Shown here one piece after another: positions 26,842 to 32,000 of a stretch of 32,000 nt of DNA. This stretch comes from Horticoccus luteus (GTDB lineage: Bacteria; Verrucomicrobiota; Verrucomicrobiia; Opitutales; Opitutaceae): contig NZ_CP080507.1 of the NCBI RefSeq assembly GCF_019464535.1, positions 1,830,001 through 1,862,000 of the forward strand. The letters run 5' to 3'. How positions within the stretch are numbered: the first letter of the stretch is position 1; each line of letters begins with the position of its first letter. Made by a program: the position numbers and the translations under genes. The notes beneath the pieces were generated by a model, which was not told where the DNA came from, did no database searches, and worked only from the letters and a program-made list of their open reading frames with translations.

Positions 26842-28322
26842 TACTTGACGATAACAAGCCGATAGGGCGACTTGGGTTGTGAGTTAAAGACGTGACTCCC
26901 GATTCGCAAACGCTCCGCCTTGACGCCCGAGTCGGAGATATATCGTTCAATTTTCCATTCGCTCGCGATCCATAGCTCGTTGGTCGGCTTAGCGGCCACC
27001 GTACCCGCCGCGCCTATCCCCGCCGGGTTTCGCAGACCCCAGTCTTGAGCACCCGGGGGCAGACGGAAGTCGTAAACGTAGCGGGCCACAACCTCATCGA
27101 GACACAGTGTCTTTCCCGGATGTTCGTGGACGGCCTGACGAATCGTTGTGACATCCGGGCGGGCGTTGTCGCCAAAAATGGGAGTGAGCAGGGCGCCTGC
27201 GTTGTTCAAAACAACGGCGGCGAGCGCGCTGACGGCAAAGACGTGGCGCCAGCGCGACTCAGCCCATGAAACGATCGCCAGGACCAAACCGGCATAGGCA
27301 GCGTAATGGGCCATCCGGCCGGCATACAGGAAACAGCCTAGTATGAGCGAAACCAGCCACACGGCATAGAGCCGTCGCACCGATTGCGAACGCTGGCTTG
27401 GCGAGCGGCCGCAAAAAGCAGGAATTATACCGGCGAGGATAAGTAGAAAGATCGGCCCCTGCAGCCACACCTCTTTACCGAAAGTCATTTCCCGCCAGAA
27501 ATAAAATGGCCCCATATACCACCGCGGCGCAGTGGCTAATTGCCGATGCAGAGAGATGGCCCGAAGAAATTCTACGAGCTCACCTTGGATGGCGACCAGG
27601 AAGGCGGCGAAAGCGACGGCCACTCCGAACACGGTGAAGACGAACCATTGCGGGATCCGGGTCGGAGTGGAGCGCAAAACTAAAAAGCGCATTCCATAGA
27701 GAGGCACGACAAAGGCCATTGCGAGCGGGTGGGTAAGCACGGCTGCGGCCGATAGAAACGCGCCTGCCGCCCAGTGCCATTTCTCATTGCTGATGGCCAT
27801 GCGCTGTCCGAGAACGACGAGCAGTAACGCGAGAGCGTCCGGTCGCATTCCGTAGGTGAGTGGGAAGAGTGCGGTGACTCCAGCAGCGCAGAGGGCAAGC
27901 ACCCGATTGCCTCCCGTCGCCCGGACGAGCTGGAAAACGCAGATTTCCAGCGCGGTTTGCACGAGAATGTGAAAGGCCGTGAAACCCGCCGTGCTCACGC
28001 CGAAGCCCACGATCCAGAGCGCTTGGGCGCAGGGCAAAACAGGCGGGAAGGCGTAAAATTTATCACTGCCCAACGAGGCACTCCAGACGGACAGCCACGG
28101 ATTCAACAGCCGGCCACTGTGCGCCAATTCGACCGACGCTCCGGTGAAGAAGAGATCGTCCACGTGCGGACGCGGATATCCCAGCCACCAAAGAAGGCCT
28201 CCCATCAGCGCGAGCGCCCATACCCCCGCCTCACCAATCGTGGATGCGCTCATCCAGTGCGCGGAAAAGCTCGCGAGCGACAGCTTTTCGTCTGCGGATC
28301 TTACGACAGAAGATTTCGCCAT
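26841..28322 (-). CDS. Polytopic membrane protein with a C-terminal soluble domain; possible GT-C-like glycosyltransferase or polymerase (unassigned family)
   Basis: 493 aa. After the first TM comes PRPHVDDLFFTG (an acidic DD motif in the first loop), then about 10 TM segments, then a roughly 130-aa hydrophilic C-terminus. Alternative start at 28253 (MSASTIGEAG...). Its stop overlaps the downstream start as TAATG. Confidence 0.45.
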   Translation of the reverse strand: MAKSSVVRSADEKLSLASFSAHWMSASTIGEAGVWALALMGGLLWWLGYPRPHVDDLFFTGASVELAHSGRLLNPWLSVWSASLGSDKFYAFPPVLPCAQALWIVGFGVSTAGFTAFHILVQTALEICVFQLVRATGGNRVLALCAAGVTALFPLTYGMRPDALALLLVVLGQRMAISNEKWHWAAGAFLSAAAVLTHPLAMAFVVPLYGMRFLVLRSTPTRIPQWFVFTVFGVAVAFAAFLVAIQGELVEFLRAISLHRQLATAPRWYMGPFYFWREMTFGKEVWLQGPIFLLILAGIIPAFCGRSPSQRSQSVRRLYAVWLVSLILGCFLYAGRMAHYAAYAGLVLAIVSWAESRWRHVFAVSALAAVVLNNAGALLTPIFGDNARPDVTTIRQAVHEHPGKTLCLDEVVARYVYDFRLPPGAQDWGLRNPAGIGAAGTVAAKPTNELWIASEWKIERYISDSGVKAERLRIGSHVFNSQPKSPYRLVIVK

Positions 28323-29242
28323 AAATTCAAATCCAAGTCCTGCCGGCCTCGTTGTGCATTGGGGCTCTGGCCGGCGGCGATGGCTTTCTGCAGAGCCGGA
28401 AGCGCCGCCACAAACGCAGGACCTTTCTGCACGGGGTGCAGCAGCCAGGCGCGTCGATCACGCAACGTGAGTCGTGAGCAGCGCGCGGCTTGCATACGAC
28501 GAAAGAGCATGATCTCGGGCGAGCGCGGATAGCCGCGTTGCAGAATCTTAGCCGCGAGAACCTCCCAAAATATACGTCCCTGCAAAAGAGGTAAAAGAGG
28601 CCGAAGCGCCTGTGTATCGAATAAGTAGCAACGGGTGCTGAACCACGTGGTAAGCCATCCCGCAGCATGCGGTCGCATCTCAAGACGCTCCTGAAAACTT
28701 GGCGCGTCCACTTCCTCCAAGGGAGGCGGGCTGGGCCGGGGGATCGCGGCGACGATCGAGCCATTGTCGCCAATCGCAGCGCACGCTTCGGCGGCCCAAT
28801 CGAATCCCGGCTGCTGGTGCAACAACATGTCCGCGTCGTAATGGAGCAGCCATCGTGTGGTGCAAAGTTCGAACGCCGCCAAATATGACATCAACGCGCA
28901 TCCTCCGTAGTCATGCGTCTCCTTGACCCACGGCCGCAGGTAGGTGCGACTGATTTTGAGAAAAAGCGGGTCGTTCGGGTGAAGATAGGAGACTCGATCG
29001 ACTTTGCCCTCGGCTTGCCAACGTAGGGCCAGAGCAGCGACGTGAGCCGCGCGCTGGGAGAAGGCTGGTTCAGGATAGCGCCGTGCGGGGTCGACGATGC
29101 CGGTTCGCTGCGGCTTGCACAGATCGACGACCAGTAACCGGTCCGCGACGTTCGGATGAGCCGCGAGTAGCGCGGGTACGGTGAGCTCGGCATACGCTGC
29201 ATCGCCGGCACTGAGGTTGATCTGGAGGGTCGCGTCGATCAC
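28301..29242 (-). CDS. Hypothetical soluble protein with a DxD motif (possible novel GT-A-like transferase)
   Basis: 313 aa with no TM segment. LLHYDADMLL (DxD) lies about 140 aa from the N-terminus, preceded by LLVVDL and SYLHPND strands. It sits inside the glycan operon with an ATGA overlap upstream. Family not recognised. Confidence 0.4.
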   Translation of the reverse strand: MIDATLQINLSAGDAAYAELTVPALLAAHPNVADRLLVVDLCKPQRTGIVDPARRYPEPAFSQRAAHVAALALRWQAEGKVDRVSYLHPNDPLFLKISRTYLRPWVKETHDYGGCALMSYLAAFELCTTRWLLHYDADMLLHQQPGFDWAAEACAAIGDNGSIVAAIPRPSPPPLEEVDAPSFQERLEMRPHAAGWLTTWFSTRCYLFDTQALRPLLPLLQGRIFWEVLAAKILQRGYPRSPEIMLFRRMQAARCSRLTLRDRRAWLLHPVQKGPAFVAALPALQKAIAAGQSPNAQRGRQDLDLNLWRNLLS

Positions 29243-30267
29243 CAGGCTTGTTCGCGATAGAGCGTGAGAAACTTGTCCACGGCGGCACGCGGACTGAAGC
29301 GCTGTTCAGCATCACGACGGCAAAACGTCCGCGACAGCCGCGACGCGGCGCGCACGGCCGCGACGCCTTCATCCAAGTTACGAATCAAAAAACCGTTTTG
29401 GCTCTCCCTCACGATTTCCGGCAATGCTCCGCGAGGCGAGGCGATGACCGGTGTGCCGCACGCGAGCGCTTCGGCGAACACCATGCCGAACGGTTCATCC
29501 CACTGCACCGGGACCAACATCGCGGCCGCTGAACCCAGGAGCGCATTCTTTTGAATGTCGTTAACCGGCCCGATGTAGGTGATTTGGCGTCCATCGATGG
29601 CGGGCGCGATGTGGTCCCGCCAATAACGTTCCGCATTGGCGTCTGCAGAATGGTTGCCTGCGAGGACGAGCGGCCGCCCGGCGGCGCGAGCGATGGCAAT
29701 GGCTTCGCGGGCTCCCTTGACCTCCTCGATGCGGCTGAGGAACACGAGCGGCGCGTCGGCGGGGACGGTTGGTTGAAAAGTCAGTTGCGGCAGATCGATA
29801 CAATTGTGCACCGCCTCCCAGCGCCCGCCTCCGCGGCGACCGAGGCGGGCAATGAACTCGCTGACCCCGGTAAAGAGGATTCGCCTTCGACCCAGGCGGG
29901 CAGCGATGCGGACTTGGCGTGCGCCAGGCAAGCGGTGATACGTTTGCACCACGGGAATACCGGTGAGGAGCAACGGCAACGTGTAGACAAGCCGACTCGA
30001 GCTATGCACGACGTCCGCCCGAAATGAACGCGCCGCGCGCCAGAGAGTCAGGGTATTGCGAACAGCATGGACGGACGACTGCGAGCGGGCTCCGGACCAG
30101 GGGAAAAGTCGATCAACCTCCGCCGTGGAGTCGCTGCGCGCCGCGAGTGCGACGGCATGTCCTAGGCCCCGGAGTTCACGACGCCACATGTCCACGAGAC
30201 GCTCGATGCCGCCATACTGTCCCGGCGGCACTGGCAACTCTGGATCGGCCGTGAGAAGAATGCGCAT
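29239..30267 (-). CDS. Glycosyltransferase family 4 (GT-B)
   Basis: MRILLTADPELPVPPGQYGGIERLV N-terminus; EX7E in LVPVQWDEPFGMVFAEALACGTPVIAS. Confidence 0.85.
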   Translation of the reverse strand: MRILLTADPELPVPPGQYGGIERLVDMWRRELRGLGHAVALAARSDSTAEVDRLFPWSGARSQSSVHAVRNTLTLWRAARSFRADVVHSSSRLVYTLPLLLTGIPVVQTYHRLPGARQVRIAARLGRRRILFTGVSEFIARLGRRGGGRWEAVHNCIDLPQLTFQPTVPADAPLVFLSRIEEVKGAREAIAIARAAGRPLVLAGNHSADANAERYWRDHIAPAIDGRQITYIGPVNDIQKNALLGSAAAMLVPVQWDEPFGMVFAEALACGTPVIASPRGALPEIVRESQNGFLIRNLDEGVAAVRAASRLSRTFCRRDAEQRFSPRAAVDKFLTLYREQAW

Positions 30268-30272
30268 CGGGT

Positions 30273-31505
30273 TCAGGCGCTGCGAAGCGCGCGATCGGCG
30301 AGGTCGGCGTAGAGCGGCGCCTGGCGTTCATGGGCGAAGATCGTTTCGCCAGCGCGGCGGGCGGCTTGCTTCGCGGCAACGAGACGCACGGGATCGCTGC
30401 AGAAACGTTGCAACGCGGCGGTAAGCGCGACGGAGTCGCCGGCCGTGAACAATTCGCCGGCGTCGCGAGCTTGTTCGAGAATTTCGGCGTGGCCGGCGGT
30501 ATCGCTGGCGACGACGGCGAGGCCGGCCTGAAGGTATTGGAAGAGCTTGTTCGTGACGGTGAGATTCCGGCTGGGGATGTGGCTCACGTCGAGGGCGAGT
30601 CCGATGTCGTGCCCGGCGATGCGCGCAGGCAATTCGGCGTTGGAAACCGTGGGAGAAAAATGAACGCGTGAGCGAAGTCGCTCCGGCAGCGAGGCGGTCA
30701 GGTGCGCGGCGTAGTGGCCGGGATCGTCGGCGCGAAGGTGAAGCTCCCAGTTTTCTTGAAGCGCGGGCAACGCGGCGAAAAGTGTTTCGAGGCCGCGGTC
30801 GGGTCCGAGAAACAACGAGAACCAATGCAGCGAAATGCGCCTCGGATCGATGGCGGCCGTGCGAGCGGGCGGCGCGTCGGCGATCGGAAACGTGTTGTAG
30901 ATGACGGCCGGTTTCGGGCCGGCGTAGGCGTTCGCGAGGGCGTCGGCCATGGCGTGGGAGGTCGCGAGCACATACGGGCCGAAGCGCAGCGCGGCCGACT
31001 CGAGTTGTGCGAGCGCGGCGAGCGGGCGGCCTGTGTGTTTGGCGGGAGGGAGATCGCGGGAAAACCAATCCTCGAAATCCATGCCGACGCGCCGGCCGGC
31101 GCGATGGAGTTGTCGCGCGGTCCATAAACCGCCCTCGGAGTGAAAAAGTGCGAGATCGGCCGTGGAATTTTTCGCGTGCGCAGCGAGCGCCGCGGTGCCG
31201 TAGCCGAAAATGTCAGCGGTGATCCGGCCGGTGCGGACGAAGAGTTCGCGGGCGAGGCGATTGCGGGCGCGGACGCGCCACCAGCGCCAGCGGCGGTGCA
31301 AGGTGTCGGGCCGGCAGTCGGCGTAGGGCGTGAATTTCCAGACGCGATTCGCGAGCAACGCTTCGTCGCGCGCGACGAGTCGCGGATCGGACCACAATCC
31401 GTGAACGGTGACGATGTGGCCGGCCGCGGCGAGGGCGTCGGCCTCCTTGCACGGTCGCGGTGCCGTGCAGAGGTGCCGCCCAACGTAAATCGCGATGCGC
31501 GCCAT
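30273..31505 (-). CDS. Putative GT-B-fold glycosyltransferase, atypical (no EX7E)
   Basis: 410 aa. MARIAIYVGRH...EADALAAAGHIVTVH N-domain. The C-domain is LALDVSHIPSRNLTVTNKLFQYLQAGLAVVASDTAG (an NK-containing variant). Confidence 0.6.
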   Translation of the reverse strand: MARIAIYVGRHLCTAPRPCKEADALAAAGHIVTVHGLWSDPRLVARDEALLANRVWKFTPYADCRPDTLHRRWRWWRVRARNRLARELFVRTGRITADIFGYGTAALAAHAKNSTADLALFHSEGGLWTARQLHRAGRRVGMDFEDWFSRDLPPAKHTGRPLAALAQLESAALRFGPYVLATSHAMADALANAYAGPKPAVIYNTFPIADAPPARTAAIDPRRISLHWFSLFLGPDRGLETLFAALPALQENWELHLRADDPGHYAAHLTASLPERLRSRVHFSPTVSNAELPARIAGHDIGLALDVSHIPSRNLTVTNKLFQYLQAGLAVVASDTAGHAEILEQARDAGELFTAGDSVALTAALQRFCSDPVRLVAAKQAARRAGETIFAHERQAPLYADLADRALRSA

Positions 31506-31511
31506 GCCGGA

Positions 31512-32000
31512 TCAGGAATCTTGGCGGGTGAAAAGACGCTGTTTCAACAGTCCCCAGGTCTGCCGATCGCGGAGCAGATCGGGATGATGGCGCAGGGTGC
31601 GGAAAAAAGTGGAGAAGCTCGGCGGCGGCGTTTGATAAAAAAGATCGCGGAGGAGGGTGCGTTCGTGGCCGCGAATGATCCGTCGAAGGGCGGCCGCTGC
31701 CACGGGATCGAGCCGATTGAGAAATTTATGGGCGATGAAGAGACGCTCGTGCATGTAGCGCGGAGCGGGGTTGGCTGTTTTCTGACCCGGGTGAAAACGT
31801 TCCCGGCTCAGCGGCGCGGTGGAGAAAACCGGACGATGACCGGCGACCGCGAAACGCGCCCAGTATTCCTGATCGAAACAATAATACAGATGCTCCTCGA
31901 AGGAGCCGAGTTCCTCCGTGAGCCGCCGCCGCCAGAACGATGACGGCTGCGGAAAACGCAGGCCGGCGACCCATTGCACCGCCGTGCTCGGCGGCGAAAG
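31512..32000 (-). CDS. Glycosyltransferase family 2, C-terminal part only (5' end beyond the window)
   Basis: The frame is open to position 32000 (LSPPSTA precedes the ORF-track GTG). QPSSFWRRRLTEELGSFEEHLYYCFDQEYWARFAVAG matches the common post-catalytic segment of GT2 enzymes (QpstFwRR...G.fde.l.y.mDyeLWlR). Confidence 0.6.
   Translation of the reverse strand, partial: LSPPSTAVQWVAGLRFPQPSSFWRRRLTEELGSFEEHLYYCFDQEYWARFAVAGHRPVFSTAPLSRERFHPGQKTANPAPRYMHERLFIAHKFLNRLDPVAAAALRRIIRGHERTLLRDLFYQTPPPSFSTFFRTLRHHPDLLRDRQTWGLLKQRLFTRQDS

Noticed and set aside
30328-31483. Long alternative-frame ORFs (265 aa and 261 aa, minus strand; also 141-267 aa on the plus strand) within the 30273..31505 gene
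   Set aside because: Their translations are dominated by R, P, A and S with no domain-like features. The frame encoding the GT-B-like protein has sensible composition. These are artefacts of high GC and stop-codon depletion.
1-32000. CRISPR arrays, tRNA/rRNA genes, IS elements, integrases, prophage or defence/toxin systems
   Set aside because: Intergenic spacers are short (mostly under 140 nt). None showed repeat-spacer periodicity or tRNA-like structure by eye. No ORF translation resembled a transposase, recombinase, nuclease/helicase defence protein or toxin-antitoxin pair. A proper scan (tRNAscan-SE, Infernal, minced, ISEScan, DefenseFinder) would be needed for certainty.

Overview
GC-rich bacterial chromosomal window (about 60-70% GC by eye). 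It is Gram-negative, since an LptF/LptG permease and a WaaL-family protein are present. A Verrucomicrobiota/Opitutae-like origin is only my guess and I cannot verify it. No rRNA, tRNA, CRISPR array, transposase or integrase was recognised.

The left half (1-16.2 kb) is mostly housekeeping, in mixed orientation. It holds a partial NSS (LeuT-type) transporter, an LptF/G permease, an SDR and a secreted glycine-zipper protein. Next come a lipoprotein plus TIGR02466-type 2OG-Fe(II) oxygenase pair, a formylglycine-generating enzyme (FGE) and a small membrane protein. The rest is tsaB-alr, tig-clpP-clpX, an M42 peptidase, an orphan hisA, a GT-C-like membrane protein and a class-I flavoprotein disulfide reductase.

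The right half (16.25-32.0 kb, running off the window) is one tightly packed, all-minus-strand glycan (LPS O-antigen / EPS / possibly protein-glycosylation) assembly operon of at least 14 genes:
- an initiating polyprenyl-phosphate glycosylphosphotransferase;
- two GT2 enzymes, four canonical EX7E GT4 enzymes and two atypical GT-B-like proteins;
- a WcaF-like acetyltransferase;
- a Wzy_C/WaaL-family protein;
- two further large polytopic membrane proteins of no family I can name;
- an unassignable 313-aa protein with a DxD motif.

No Wzx/MOP flippase, ABC exporter, Wza or Wzc is visible in the window.

The most novel-looking material is the set of unassigned membrane and soluble proteins inside this operon. 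The small oxygenase/lipoprotein/FGE neighbourhood at 3-6.4 kb comes second. I see no defence, toxin or mobile system. Function calls rest on motif recognition by eye, not on database searches.
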